The notes: a model not told the origin generated them from the letters alone. A stretch of DNA of 32,341 bases from Microscilla marina ATCC 23134 (GCF_000169175.1 NZ_AAWS01000006.1:263192-295532); one strand, 5' to 3'. Positions 16,677 through 26,305 are shown, counted from the first letter of the stretch. Translations and numbers: made by a program.

Positions 16677-17885
16677 TCAAATGCCTGCTGCTTTTCTTCG
16701 TTTCAACTCTTTCTTTATCAATTCAAGCTCTCGATTGCTCTGCCCGGTAATGGCAGTATTCTCTTGTGCCCGCCTAAATAAATAGGGCATCACTTCTCTT
16801 ACTTTACCATAAGGCACATACTTAACTGCATTGAAACCTGTTTTTGCCAAGTTGTAAGTAATGTGATCACTCATTCCATAAAGTTGCCCAAAAAACACCC
16901 TGGGGTTATTAGGAGCTATGTTCATTTGCTGGCAAAGCCGGGCGATGTGGTAACAACTGGTTTCGTTATGAGTACCAGCAAACAACGCAAGGTGCTCTAT
17001 GTTTTCGAGGCAAAAAGTGGCTGCATCATCAAACATTTGATCAGTAGTAGCCTTATCTGGATTCAACAAGTTGGTATGTCTGGGTTTTTCTGCCTGTTGT
17101 TGTTCTTTTACTACATAAGCTCCTCGCACCAGTTTTACTCCTAACAAATAGTTGCCTTGTTTTGCCAATGCCAAAGAGTTTTTTAAAAAAGTAAACCCTC
17201 GCTGCAGATACATTTGGTAAGTGTTATAAACCACCACCCTTCCTTGGTTGTATTGTGCCATCATTGCTTGAGCAAGCTCATCAATAGGGTCTTGTATCCA
17301 GGACTCTTCAGCATCAATGAGTATTTTTATATGATGTTCATACCCAGCAGCACATATTGAGTCTACCCTGTCTTTGACCTTATGCCAGGCATATTGGTCA
17401 GTATCTGAAAGTTTTTCACCATTATGAATTTTTGCCAGCAAATGAACCGAAGCAAGGGCGCTTAGTTTAAATGCTGCAAAAGGCAGTGCATCTTGTGGAG
17501 CAGCAAATTTGATGTATCGGATTATTTCAGCGGTGGTTTTGTCATATTCAGTGTCGTTGGTTTTGCTTTCTACCGAGTAACCCAGCATAGTATGTACCTT
17601 AGAGGCATAGAGTTTCTCGATAAAACTCTGACAATCCTGCAAAGTTTCTCCTCCACAAAAAACTTTGTAAAGGCTGTTTTTCACTATGCCTCTCACTAAC
17701 TTCAGGTGGAGGGTATGGTCAATAAAACGAGTACCATTGCGTACCAACCAAGGAGATTGCATGAGAGTAAAGGCACGTTTCATTAGCTGGAGTTCTTTGG
17801 TGCTTTTAGAGGCAAAGGCAATGGCTGTATTATCAAATGAGAGTTGGTTGGTGTGTGCCTCATTTGTATTAGGATAATTGGTCAT
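16677..17885 (-). CDS. Proline dehydrogenase (PRODH/PutA catalytic-domain family)
   Basis: C-terminal FFGQLYGMSDHITYNLAKTGFNAVKYVPYG...PYLFRRAQEN is the PRODH signature. The N-terminal SFDNTAIAF is typical of standalone bacterial PRODH. The track start (GTG at 17966) is less likely than the ATG at 17885 (MTNYPNTNE...). Confidence 0.75.
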   Translation of the reverse strand: MTNYPNTNEAHTNQLSFDNTAIAFASKSTKELQLMKRAFTLMQSPWLVRNGTRFIDHTLHLKLVRGIVKNSLYKVFCGGETLQDCQSFIEKLYASKVHTMLGYSVESKTNDTEYDKTTAEIIRYIKFAAPQDALPFAAFKLSALASVHLLAKIHNGEKLSDTDQYAWHKVKDRVDSICAAGYEHHIKILIDAEESWIQDPIDELAQAMMAQYNQGRVVVYNTYQMYLQRGFTFLKNSLALAKQGNYLLGVKLVRGAYVVKEQQQAEKPRHTNLLNPDKATTDQMFDDAATFCLENIEHLALFAGTHNETSCYHIARLCQQMNIAPNNPRVFFGQLYGMSDHITYNLAKTGFNAVKYVPYGKVREVMPYLFRRAQENTAITGQSNRELELIKKELKRRKAAGI

Positions 17886-18028
17886 AAGCTCGTGTTTAGG
17901 TTTCCAACAAAAATAATATTTTGGATGAGATAACCTATTGTCAACCTTCAAATCATTGTTTGTCACAACTTAAAAAATGCTTGCGTGTATATATAAGTTT
18001 ATTGTCACAAGAGCAAAAGAGGGAATTT

Positions 18029-18610
18029 ATGAACTATCATAAAGTATTGAGTATTAGCCCCAATGCTACACCAAAAGAAGTTGAGCAACAATACGACAGT
18101 TTGCTTGCTAGGTATGTAAACGAAGCTGAACGATTACAAGAAGTGAAAAAAGCTTATCAACTATGGCAAAAAGCCCAAGGTAACCCACCACAAAAACCAA
18201 AAAAAGACTACACAGCTTTCAAAGCTATCTCATTTGCTTTGGGGGTTTTCGTTGCATTGATTATACCAGTAGTATTAATTATGTATTTCGATGATAGCAA
18301 ATTTGCGGGAATGTATATAGGGTATGCCATTATGATGGTGATAGGGGCAATATTGCAAGTAATAGTAGGTGCAATCAAATTTGGGTTAGAGCGTGACCCT
18401 AGCCCTAAACAAGCTGCTAGTGTACAAGATAAACTTAACCACCGTCGTAATATTTTGAGTGGTGTACTGACCCTGTTGTTGTTTGTGATTATATTTTTGT
18501 TAGCCTACTTTTTTGATGAAGACAAAATAGTATTGGGTATTTTGATTGCTTCGGTTGTGCTACCCTTTATTCGTACAATTTACCACATGTATAAAAATAT
18601 CAAAGTATAG
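18029..18610 (+). CDS. Hypothetical membrane protein: N-terminal soluble helix-rich region plus 3 TM helices
   Basis: The ORF track begins at TTG 17921, which would overlap the PRODH gene. The in-frame ATG at 18029 (MNYHKVLSISPNATPKEVEQQYDSLLARY...) is more plausible. TM segments are AISFALGVFVALIIPVVLIMYF, YIGYAIMMVIGAILQVIVGAI and VLTLLLFVIIFLLAYFF. Confidence 0.45.
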   Translation: MNYHKVLSISPNATPKEVEQQYDSLLARYVNEAERLQEVKKAYQLWQKAQGNPPQKPKKDYTAFKAISFALGVFVALIIPVVLIMYFDDSKFAGMYIGYAIMMVIGAILQVIVGAIKFGLERDPSPKQAASVQDKLNHRRNILSGVLTLLLFVIIFLLAYFFDEDKIVLGILIASVVLPFIRTIYHMYKNIKV

Positions 18611-18700
18611 TTGTTAGGTAACAAAACTTGCTTTTGAGCAAACCCTGTAAAAAATAAACCATTTATAATCTACTGACTTTCAGTATAATGCTAGTATTTT

Positions 18701-18737
18701 GTGTTTAGCCAATAGCTGCCAACTATTGGCTAAACAC
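18701..18737. promoter_or_regulatory. Perfect 15-bp inverted repeat with a 7-bp spacer, 170 bp upstream of the ABC exporter gene. Candidate operator or RNA hairpin.
   Basis: gtgtttagccaatag (18701-18715), spacer ctgccaa, ctattggctaaacac (18723-18737). No mismatch. There is no downstream T-run, so it is not a canonical terminator. Confidence 0.4.
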
Positions 18738-18907
18738 TATAGACTGTTGATAAGAGTAAACCCTCAATAAACTTGCTTTATTTCATTCAAATATCAAATG
18801 AGTTATACAAATCCCAAAGGTTTGCTAACTTTGCAGCCAACATTACGCAAAACATAATCAGGTGGCTGACATCAAGGTATCACCCTTAACTAACACATAG
18901 AGTTCTA

Positions 18908-21103
18908 ATGGCGAAGAAGTTTCCTTCCTACATACAGTTAGACATGATGGATTGTGGTCCTTCATGTGTAAAAATCATTTCAGAACATTACGGCAAACGT
19001 TATTCGCTGCAATACCTCCGCGAACAAAGCTATATTACCCGCGAGGGGGTTTCTCTTTTGGGGATAAGCGATGCTGCTGAAGCAGTAGGCTTTCGTACCA
19101 TTGGGGTAAAAACCACTTTTGAACAATTAGCTGATGAGGCTCCGTTACCTTTTATTGCCCACTGGAACCAGCAACACTTTATAGTAGTACACAAAATTAC
19201 CAAAAAAAAGGTGCACGTGTCTGACCCCGCAGTAGGTTTGGTGACTTACGACCGTGAGCAGTTTATGAAACACTGGGCGAGCACCCGTGAGCAAGGCGAA
19301 GACAAAGGCGTGGCATTGTTGATGGAGCCAACCCCTGAATTTTTTCAGCGGGAAAGTGACGAAAAGCTGAAGAAAACCAGTTGGAAGTTTTTGCTGGGAT
19401 ATGTGTTGCGTTATAAAAAGTTTTTGGTACAACTATTTTTAGGGTTGTTGCTGGGGAGTTTGCTTAGTATGATTTTCCCCTTCCTTACCCAATCGGTAGT
19501 AGATATTGGAATTAACACTCGCGATCTCAACTTTATTTATATTGTATTGCTGGGGCAGTTTATGCTCTTTTTTAGCCAAACTGCAGTAGACTTTATAAGG
19601 CGATGGATTTTACTCCACCTCAGTACCCGGATTAACATATCGCTCATTTCTGATTTTTTGATCAAACTTATGAAGTTGCCCATTGGTTTTTTTGACACCA
19701 AAATGATTGGCGACCTTTTGCAGCGGATCAATGATCACCACCGGATTGAACGGTTTTTAAGTACCTCAACCCTTACTATCCTATTTTCTTTTTTTAACCT
19801 GATCGTTTTCGGGTTTGTGCTTGCGTATTACAATCTGTATATTTTTCTTATCTTTTTGATAGGCAGCGTTTTATATATTGGCTGGGTGTTGGCATTTTTG
19901 AATATACGTAAAAAGCTTGACTATAAGCGTTTTCAGGAAATGTCACGTAATCAAAGTAGCTTGATTCACCTTATCAATGGCATGCAAGAGATTAAGCTAA
20001 ATAATTGCGAAAAGCAAAAGAGGTGGGAATGGGAGCGTATCCAGGCAAAGATGTTTAAGATCAACGTAAAGAGCGTAACTCTGGAGCAAACCCAGCAGGC
20101 AGGTAGCTTATTTATCAATCAAAGTAAAAATATCTTGATTACTTTTTTTGCGGCTTATGCGGTGGTCAATGGAACAATGACCCTGGGGATGATGCTTGCT
20201 GTGCAGTCAATTATTGGACAACTAGACGGCCCTATTACCCAAATGATAAGTTTTGTGTATGAAATGCAAGACGCCAAGATAAGCTTGGAGCGTTTGGGCG
20301 AAATACATGAAAAAGAAGAGGAAGAAAGCAGCGAAGGAGATCAGGTAACTATATTACCTGAGGGCAAAAATCTTCATTTAGAGAACATTACTTTTCAGTA
20401 TGAAGGTCCCCACTCTCCTAAAGTTATAGATGGAGTGACTTTGACTATTCCTGAGGGTAAAATTACAGCCATTGTAGGTACCAGTGGTAGTGGTAAAACA
20501 ACCTTGCTTAAGCTATTGCTAAAGTTTTATCCTGTGACTGAAGGTGAAATAAAACTGGAAGGTGTTCAACTCAATAACCTGAGTGGGCGTTTGTGGCGCG
20601 AACGCTGTGGAACAGTCATGCAAGACGGCTTTATTTTTTCTGATACCATTGCCCGCAATATTGCGGTAAGTGACGAAATCATAGATCAACAAAGGTTGCG
20701 TCACGCGGTGCAAGTAGCCAATATCCAAGAGTTTGTAGAAGACCTGCCACTAGGGTATAATACCAAGATAGGGCAAGATGGTATAGGTGTAAGTGGAGGA
20801 CAAAAACAACGAGTTTTGATTGCCCGTGCGGTATACAAAAACCCTGAGTTTTTATTCTTTGACGAAGCTACTTCAGCGCTGGACGCCAATAATGAACGCA
20901 TTATTATGGAAAACCTGGACGAGTTTTTTAAAGGCAAAACTGCCGTAGTAATTGCTCACCGTTTGAGCACCGTAAAAAATGCTGACCAAATCATTGTACT
21001 CGAAAAAGGAAAACTGGTGGAACAAGGCACTCACAAAGAGTTGACGGCTAAAAGAGGCATCTACTATAACCTGGTAAAGAACCAGTTGGAATTAGGTGGG
21101 TAA
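18908..21103 (+). CDS. Peptidase C39 domain-containing ABC transporter (bacteriocin / double-glycine leader peptide processing exporter)
   Basis: N-terminal C39 papain-like domain with catalytic Cys in MMDCGPSCV and downstream His (HFIVVH). 6-TM ABC transmembrane domain. NBD with Walker A GTSGSGKTTL, signature VSGGQKQRV, Walker B LFFDEATSALD and H-loop AHRLST. 731 aa. Confidence 0.9.
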   Translation: MAKKFPSYIQLDMMDCGPSCVKIISEHYGKRYSLQYLREQSYITREGVSLLGISDAAEAVGFRTIGVKTTFEQLADEAPLPFIAHWNQQHFIVVHKITKKKVHVSDPAVGLVTYDREQFMKHWASTREQGEDKGVALLMEPTPEFFQRESDEKLKKTSWKFLLGYVLRYKKFLVQLFLGLLLGSLLSMIFPFLTQSVVDIGINTRDLNFIYIVLLGQFMLFFSQTAVDFIRRWILLHLSTRINISLISDFLIKLMKLPIGFFDTKMIGDLLQRINDHHRIERFLSTSTLTILFSFFNLIVFGFVLAYYNLYIFLIFLIGSVLYIGWVLAFLNIRKKLDYKRFQEMSRNQSSLIHLINGMQEIKLNNCEKQKRWEWERIQAKMFKINVKSVTLEQTQQAGSLFINQSKNILITFFAAYAVVNGTMTLGMMLAVQSIIGQLDGPITQMISFVYEMQDAKISLERLGEIHEKEEEESSEGDQVTILPEGKNLHLENITFQYEGPHSPKVIDGVTLTIPEGKITAIVGTSGSGKTTLLKLLLKFYPVTEGEIKLEGVQLNNLSGRLWRERCGTVMQDGFIFSDTIARNIAVSDEIIDQQRLRHAVQVANIQEFVEDLPLGYNTKIGQDGIGVSGGQKQRVLIARAVYKNPEFLFFDEATSALDANNERIIMENLDEFFKGKTAVVIAHRLSTVKNADQIIVLEKGKLVEQGTHKELTAKRGIYYNLVKNQLELGG

Positions 21104-21134
21104 CTGGTATAAAACCTTATAAACAAGCTAAAAA

Positions 21135-21166
21135 CCCTCTCTTAGTTGAGCAATGAACAGAGAGGG
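21135..21166. terminator. Hairpin between convergent ABC exporter and HlyD genes, mainly oriented for the minus strand
   Basis: ccctctct (21135-21142) pairs with agagaggg (21159-21166) around a 16-nt loop. On the minus strand the stem is followed by a T5 run (rc of aaaaacc). Confidence 0.45.
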
Positions 21167-21209
21167 GAGGTAGTGAATTCAGTGCAATGGTGAGTTACTT
21201 GATGTAGCC

Positions 21210-22625
21210 CTAAAACTGATCAAACAATTTTGCGAATTGATTAAAAATACGCTCAATCAGACGGAGGTCTTTGGTGATAATATCGGCTTGTCCTTGCATT
21301 TCTGCCTTGAACTCCAGGTCTTTTTTATAACTCGTCTTCAACCCGTTGGGCAGGCTTACATTGATCGTGTACATAGATCCTTTTTGTGGGTCAGCACTTG
21401 CTTGTGCTATCAACGATATGCGTTCTACTTTCCCCTCTACCATGCCAAACTCATCGGCGGGGTAGTTGGCAAAACGAATGTTTACCACTTGTCCCACTTT
21501 TACTTTACCCGACCCGTTTACTGGCATATTAATCTTGCCAATCAAGTTCTTGTTTTGTGGAATTACCGCCATGACCGTTTGTTCAGGCTTTACAAACTGA
21601 TTATCGCTCCAATAAGACAAAAATGAGACCTTGCCTTCCACAGGAGTAGTGAGTATGTAGCGTTGTATCCAGATGTTTACCTGGCTGCGTAAGGTTTGGA
21701 AAGCGTTGTTAGTGGCAAGTAAATAGGTTCTTTCCTGTTCGCGAAAAGTAAGGGTAAGTTCTCCAATGTTGTTTTGTAATTCATTAATCCTAATTCGGTT
21801 ATTAATGATACTGGCCTCTCCATTTTTCAAGGCCCTGCGTTGTTGCAACAAACTGGCTTTAGTTTTGTCAAATTCAAGCCTTGCCATTAGTTTTTCTTCG
21901 GCAAGGGTGGAGTCTGCTTTGTATTGATTATTGAATATTTTGAATTCTTTGCCTAAAATCCTTTGTTGAGAAAGTAGGTTTTGGTTGAGCTTCTTGTATT
22001 GGATAATCTGCGATTGCAGGTTTTGAATTTGGTTTTCAGGTTTCGACAACTCATAAAAAAGCAATAACTCTCTAAAAGTTTTAGCAAACGATTCGTAGGC
22101 TCCTTGCAACTCGCCCAGCTTAAGGTTTTGTTGACTTATTACTTTGTCAAAAGCCAGTAAATCTTGGGTGCCTCTTTGGCGGTTGTTTAATATTTTTTGA
22201 AATTGAGTAATTTGTTTTTTCAATACTTGATAGTCTTCAAAAACTGTGGGGTTTTGAATATATCCCAACACCTCTTGAGGCTTTACATTTTGCCCATCTT
22301 TTACCATCAACTTTAATGCTCCCGAACTACGCGCCAAAATGCGTTGGGGAGGGGTTTTGGTAGTAACCATAATGCTGGAGTGAATAATATCGGGATATTT
22401 CATAAACCATGATACTGTCAGCAATACCATAAAAGTGAAAAATACTATAGTAATGCCCCAGCGAATAATCCAATGAGGAATATAGCTGAGAATCTCTTGT
22501 ACTTCATCACTTCTTAACTCTAAGTCGGGGATCTCTTCTGCTTTTTGGGTAGGTGTATGAGTAGAAACTATAGTGCCTGTAGGTGTACTATGGGTATTGT
22601 TTGGTGTCTCTTGTGCTTCTGGCAT
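21210..22625 (-). CDS. HlyD-family secretion (membrane fusion) protein
   Basis: N-terminal cytoplasmic tail. Single TM (WIIRWGITIVFFTFMVLLTVSWF). Long coiled-coil region. C-terminal beta-barrel/lipoyl-like segment (VEGKVSFL...GKVKVGQVVNIRFANYP). 471 aa. Confidence 0.85.
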   Translation of the reverse strand: MPEAQETPNNTHSTPTGTIVSTHTPTQKAEEIPDLELRSDEVQEILSYIPHWIIRWGITIVFFTFMVLLTVSWFMKYPDIIHSSIMVTTKTPPQRILARSSGALKLMVKDGQNVKPQEVLGYIQNPTVFEDYQVLKKQITQFQKILNNRQRGTQDLLAFDKVISQQNLKLGELQGAYESFAKTFRELLLFYELSKPENQIQNLQSQIIQYKKLNQNLLSQQRILGKEFKIFNNQYKADSTLAEEKLMARLEFDKTKASLLQQRRALKNGEASIINNRIRINELQNNIGELTLTFREQERTYLLATNNAFQTLRSQVNIWIQRYILTTPVEGKVSFLSYWSDNQFVKPEQTVMAVIPQNKNLIGKINMPVNGSGKVKVGQVVNIRFANYPADEFGMVEGKVERISLIAQASADPQKGSMYTINVSLPNGLKTSYKKDLEFKAEMQGQADIITKDLRLIERIFNQFAKLFDQF

Positions 22626-22810
22626 TGTGAGTAATTAATGTTTTGATGGACAAAAATACAAAAAAACAAGGGGATTACTTGGCTATTGTTGGGTGTTATT
22701 TTGTGGGTTTGCCAAAACCAAAGATGATTGCCGTATTGAAACGCTCAAATCCTGTTTTAAATTACTAACTTGCACGTTTTATAATTGCTTGATTAAAAAC
22801 AGATAAAATA

Positions 22811-23248
22811 ATGCTTAGAAAACCTGCGCCTACAACGTCTACTGCAAGGGTAGCCCTGCGCTTTGGCGTAATTACAGGACTACTCCTGAATTTGTATAAC
22901 ACACTATTGCTTTTTTTGTGGTTCAACGCCCCTTGGGACGTAAAAATGATGGGATACGTTATTTTAGCTGGGGGCATTGTATACGCCATGCGTGAGTTTA
23001 GAGCTTACAACAAAAAGGGCATGAACCTGATTCAAGGCTTAGGACTAGGTACTATGCTATCGGCAGTAGCAAGCTTGGTGTATGGGTTGGTCAATATGGT
23101 CATTATAGCATTGTTTGCTCCAGCAAGCGCCCAATCAGGGGCAGTCTCTATCTTGTTTATCAACACCATTGTTGTGACGGTAATGATAGGAGTGATTATA
23201 TCATTGGTGGCGTCACTTTTTTATAAAACAGATAATACTGTCAGCTAA
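22811..23248 (+). CDS. Small 4-TM membrane protein (DUF4199-like)
   Basis: 145 aa with four hydrophobic helices. Immediately upstream of a GT2 gene, an arrangement I recall for DUF4199 proteins in Bacteroidota. The family assignment is from memory, not a search. Confidence 0.45.
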   Translation: MLRKPAPTTSTARVALRFGVITGLLLNLYNTLLLFLWFNAPWDVKMMGYVILAGGIVYAMREFRAYNKKGMNLIQGLGLGTMLSAVASLVYGLVNMVIIALFAPASAQSGAVSILFINTIVVTVMIGVIISLVASLFYKTDNTVS

Positions 23249-23368
23249 TACAACAGCGCCTGTTTATAGTCAAAAGTAAGCCTGAGCAATATTAAAGCGA
23301 ATACTTATTCTGAAAACGTTGCTTAAATTTATAACTTTGTTTGTCAAACAAAACAAAAGTCAATAGTA

Positions 23369-24394
23369 GTGTCTAAAACAAACCTGGATATTTCGGTAGT
23401 AGTACCTCTGTTAGATGAAGAAGAATCTTTACCAGAGTTGTGTGCCTGGATTGAGCGAGTGATGCAAACTAACAAGTTTAGTTATGAAGTGATTATGGTA
23501 GACGATGGCAGTCGCGATAAATCGTGGCAGATTATAGAAAAACTCGCCGCCCAAAACCATTGTCTGAAGGGCATTCGTTTAAACCGCAACTATGGTAAAT
23601 CGGCAGCTTTGAATACTGGTTTCAAAGAGGTACAAGGGCGAGTAGTAATTACTATGGATGCTGATTTGCAGGACAGCCCCGATGAGATTCCGGGATTGTA
23701 TAAAATGATTGTTGAAGACAAATATGATATGGTGTCGGGTTGGAAGAAAAAACGTTATGACCCTATCACCAAGACCCTTCCTACTAAGGTATACAACGCT
23801 TTTACCCGCTGGTTTTCGGGGATCAAGTTGCATGACTTTAACTGTGGCTTAAAAGCTTATGACTATCAAGTAGTAAAAAGCATAGAAGTATACGGTGAAA
23901 TGCACCGTTACATTCCTGTAATAGCTAAATCGGCAGGGTTCAAAGAAATTGGCGAGAAAGTAGTGCAGCACCAAGCCCGTAAATATGGTAATACTAAGTT
24001 TGGAGGCATCAAACGTTTTATTCGCGGACCGCTCGACTTACTATCTATTACTTTTGTTACCCGATTCAGGAAACGCCCTATGCACTTTTTCGGAGCCTTT
24101 GGTATTATCTTTTTTTTAGTAGGTTTTGCCAGTGCTGCCTGGCTTATTTTAGATCAGTTCATTGCCACTTACTTTGGCACCGAAATGGGCTCGCTGGTTA
24201 CCAACCGCCCATTGTTTTACTTATCGTTAGTCACCATTATTATTGGAGTTCAATTGTTTTTGGCAGGTTTTCTGGGCGAAATGATGGTGGTTAACTCTCC
24301 TCAAACCCACGAATATATAGTAGCCGAAAAGTTGGGGATTAATCATAGCAAAATGACAGCCTCTGATATAACAAAAACCGACTCCAACACTTAA
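23369..24394 (+). CDS. GT2 glycosyltransferase, polyprenol-phosphate sugar transferase type (DPM1/ArnC-like), with C-terminal TM helices
   Basis: ISVVVPLLDEEESLPEL...VIMVDDGSRDKS...ITMDADLQDSPDEIP are the GT-A / DXD motifs of polyisoprenyl-phosphate glycosyltransferases. 2 C-terminal TM helices. The predicted start is GTG. Confidence 0.85.
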   Translation: MSKTNLDISVVVPLLDEEESLPELCAWIERVMQTNKFSYEVIMVDDGSRDKSWQIIEKLAAQNHCLKGIRLNRNYGKSAALNTGFKEVQGRVVITMDADLQDSPDEIPGLYKMIVEDKYDMVSGWKKKRYDPITKTLPTKVYNAFTRWFSGIKLHDFNCGLKAYDYQVVKSIEVYGEMHRYIPVIAKSAGFKEIGEKVVQHQARKYGNTKFGGIKRFIRGPLDLLSITFVTRFRKRPMHFFGAFGIIFFLVGFASAAWLILDQFIATYFGTEMGSLVTNRPLFYLSLVTIIIGVQLFLAGFLGEMMVVNSPQTHEYIVAEKLGINHSKMTASDITKTDSNT

Positions 24395-24401
24395 AAAACC
24401 T

Positions 24402-25379
24402 ATGAAGTACTCAATCATTATTCCAGTATACAATCGCCCTGATGAGGTGCAAGAGTTACTGGATAGCCTCACCCGTCAAACTTACAAAAACTTTGAAGTG
24501 ATCATTGTAGAAGATGGCTCTACCAATAAATGTGATGAAGCGGTGGCACAGTTTGTCGGTATTCTGGATATACACTATCATTTTAAAAAGAATGAAGGAC
24601 AGGGTTTTGCCCGTAACTATGGTTATGCACATGCCGTAGGTGATTACTTCATTGTGTTTGACTCTGATTGTCTGATTCCAGAGAAATACCTGGAAATAGT
24701 CCATCACCGTCTTTCTGAAAATTTTCTTGATGCCTTTGGCGGCCCTGATAAAGCCGCTGACTCGTTTACCAATGTGCAAAAAGCCATTAGTTACTCCATG
24801 ACCTCGCCTATGAGCACAGGGGGCATACGTGGCAACAAAAAACGTTTAGGGGGAACCTTTCATCCGCGAAGCTTTAATATGGGCATATCGCGTGAGGTAT
24901 ACGAAAAAACCAAAGGCTATATTTTACCCCGAATGGGTGAAGACATAGAGTTTAGCATTCGTATCATTAAAAATGGGTTTACCACAGGGCTTATTCCCGA
25001 AGCCCACGTATACCACAAACGACGCACTAACTTTAAACAGTTTTATAAGCAACTTCATTTTTTTGGGCGTGCCCGTATCAATATTAACCGTTATCACAAA
25101 GGACAAATCAAACTTGTACACCTGTTTCCGGCAATATTTACATTGGCAGCACTGTTATTACCCATTATGCCATTTATTAATCTCAACTTGTCGTTGCTGC
25201 AAGTGTCAGGGTTTGCATTGTATTCACTTATTGTGTTTTCAGACGCTGCCACCAAAGAGCAAAATACAGTAGTGGCTGCCTTTAGTGTAGTGGCAGTATG
25301 GACTCAACTGTTGGCGTATGGTATAGGTTTTATTACAGAGGCTTTTATGATCCGCCCCAAAATAAAACCCAAGCAGTAG
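24402..25379 (+). CDS. GT2 glycosyltransferase with C-terminal membrane domain
   Basis: MKYSIIIPVYNRPDEVQELLDSLTRQTYKNFEVIIVEDGS...VFDSDC (DXD). 2-3 C-terminal TM helices. 7-bp spacing from the upstream GT2 suggests an operon. Confidence 0.8.
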   Translation: MKYSIIIPVYNRPDEVQELLDSLTRQTYKNFEVIIVEDGSTNKCDEAVAQFVGILDIHYHFKKNEGQGFARNYGYAHAVGDYFIVFDSDCLIPEKYLEIVHHRLSENFLDAFGGPDKAADSFTNVQKAISYSMTSPMSTGGIRGNKKRLGGTFHPRSFNMGISREVYEKTKGYILPRMGEDIEFSIRIIKNGFTTGLIPEAHVYHKRRTNFKQFYKQLHFFGRARININRYHKGQIKLVHLFPAIFTLAALLLPIMPFINLNLSLLQVSGFALYSLIVFSDAATKEQNTVVAAFSVVAVWTQLLAYGIGFITEAFMIRPKIKPKQ

Positions 25380-25511
25380 CCCAGAGGTGTAAGGCGATGG
25401 ACTGATTGAGTGATGAATCCTTACAATTTAAGGGAGAGTTTCATACATCTTGCCAAAATTCTGCTATTTTTGTAAACAGTCAGCATAAAACTGAACACCA
25501 AAAACATCACC

Positions 25512-26129
25512 ATGATACGTAGCTTTACATCTATTATCTTTTTTTTGCTTGGTGCCGTAGCAGGCATCGTTTTCTGGGGATTTTATACTACCGGAACATT
25601 TGCCTTTTTGCCCGCCGATAAACCTGTAACTACCCATAATGTGGTGCTCAAGAAAATAGAAGCTTTGGGTAACCTGGAGTTGATTCGTTATAAATACAAA
25701 GATATGGTAGAGCACGAAGTAATAAAGGCTTACTTGCCCGATCCCAAAGTGGTGCTCATGGTAACAGGAGAAGTAGTGGGTTGTATCAACCTAAAAAAAG
25801 TAAAAACCGAAGATATAATAGAGAAAAAAGATACGGTATACATTCGCTTACCTCGTCCCGAAATCTGCTACTCTAAGGTAAACCACAGTGAATCTAAGGT
25901 ATTCGACACCCGCAATACTACCTTGTTTGCCGACCGTAGTAAGTTGATTGATCAAGCATACAAAATAGCCGAAAATCATTTGCCACAAGCTGCCAAGCAA
26001 GCCAATATCATAGAAAGAACCAGGGTCAGTGGGGAAAACCTCTTGCGCCCTCTGTTTGAAAACCTGTCTAAAAAGAAAGTCGTGTTTACGTATGATATAG
26101 GAGGAGAGAAAAAAATCAAACTAAAATAA
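25512..26129 (+). CDS. N-terminally membrane-anchored hypothetical protein (DUF4230-like)
   Basis: TM helix SIIFFLLGAVAGIVFWGFY followed by a ~180-aa soluble domain. The size and architecture fit the DUF4230 family. Assignment from memory only. Confidence 0.4.
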   Translation: MIRSFTSIIFFLLGAVAGIVFWGFYTTGTFAFLPADKPVTTHNVVLKKIEALGNLELIRYKYKDMVEHEVIKAYLPDPKVVLMVTGEVVGCINLKKVKTEDIIEKKDTVYIRLPRPEICYSKVNHSESKVFDTRNTTLFADRSKLIDQAYKIAENHLPQAAKQANIIERTRVSGENLLRPLFENLSKKKVVFTYDIGGEKKIKLK

Positions 26130-26161
26130 TATTGAAGCCATCAAGTGTTGCATAAAAAAAG

Positions 26162-26203
26162 AGCCTTTTGCCAAACAATGCCTGTTTGCCAAAAGGCTTT
26201 TTT
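26162..26203. terminator. Bidirectional rho-independent terminator
   Basis: agccttttgccaaaca and tgtttgccaaaaggct form a 15-bp stem with 1 mismatch. It is flanked by A7 upstream and T6 downstream. Confidence 0.6.
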
Positions 26204-26305
26204 AGTTGTAGTAGGTTCATTTCTGTCAAACAGGAAATTCAACTTTGTGAATTACAATGCTTCAAAATACTCAAATACCTGGTAATTGAAGCCAAACCCT
26301 AAATA

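Noticed and set aside
18029-18250. J-domain (DnaJ-like) assignment for the N-terminus of the 18029-18610 membrane protein
   Set aside because: The helix pattern (YHKVLSISPNATPKEVEQQYDSLLARY) is superficially J-like, but the obligatory HPD tripeptide is absent.
18794-18853. 19-aa ORF MSYTNPKGLLTLQPTLRKT upstream of the C39 ABC exporter as a possible precursor peptide
   Set aside because: No double-glycine (GG/GA/GS) leader cleavage motif. No Cys/Ser/Thr-rich core. No convincing start context.
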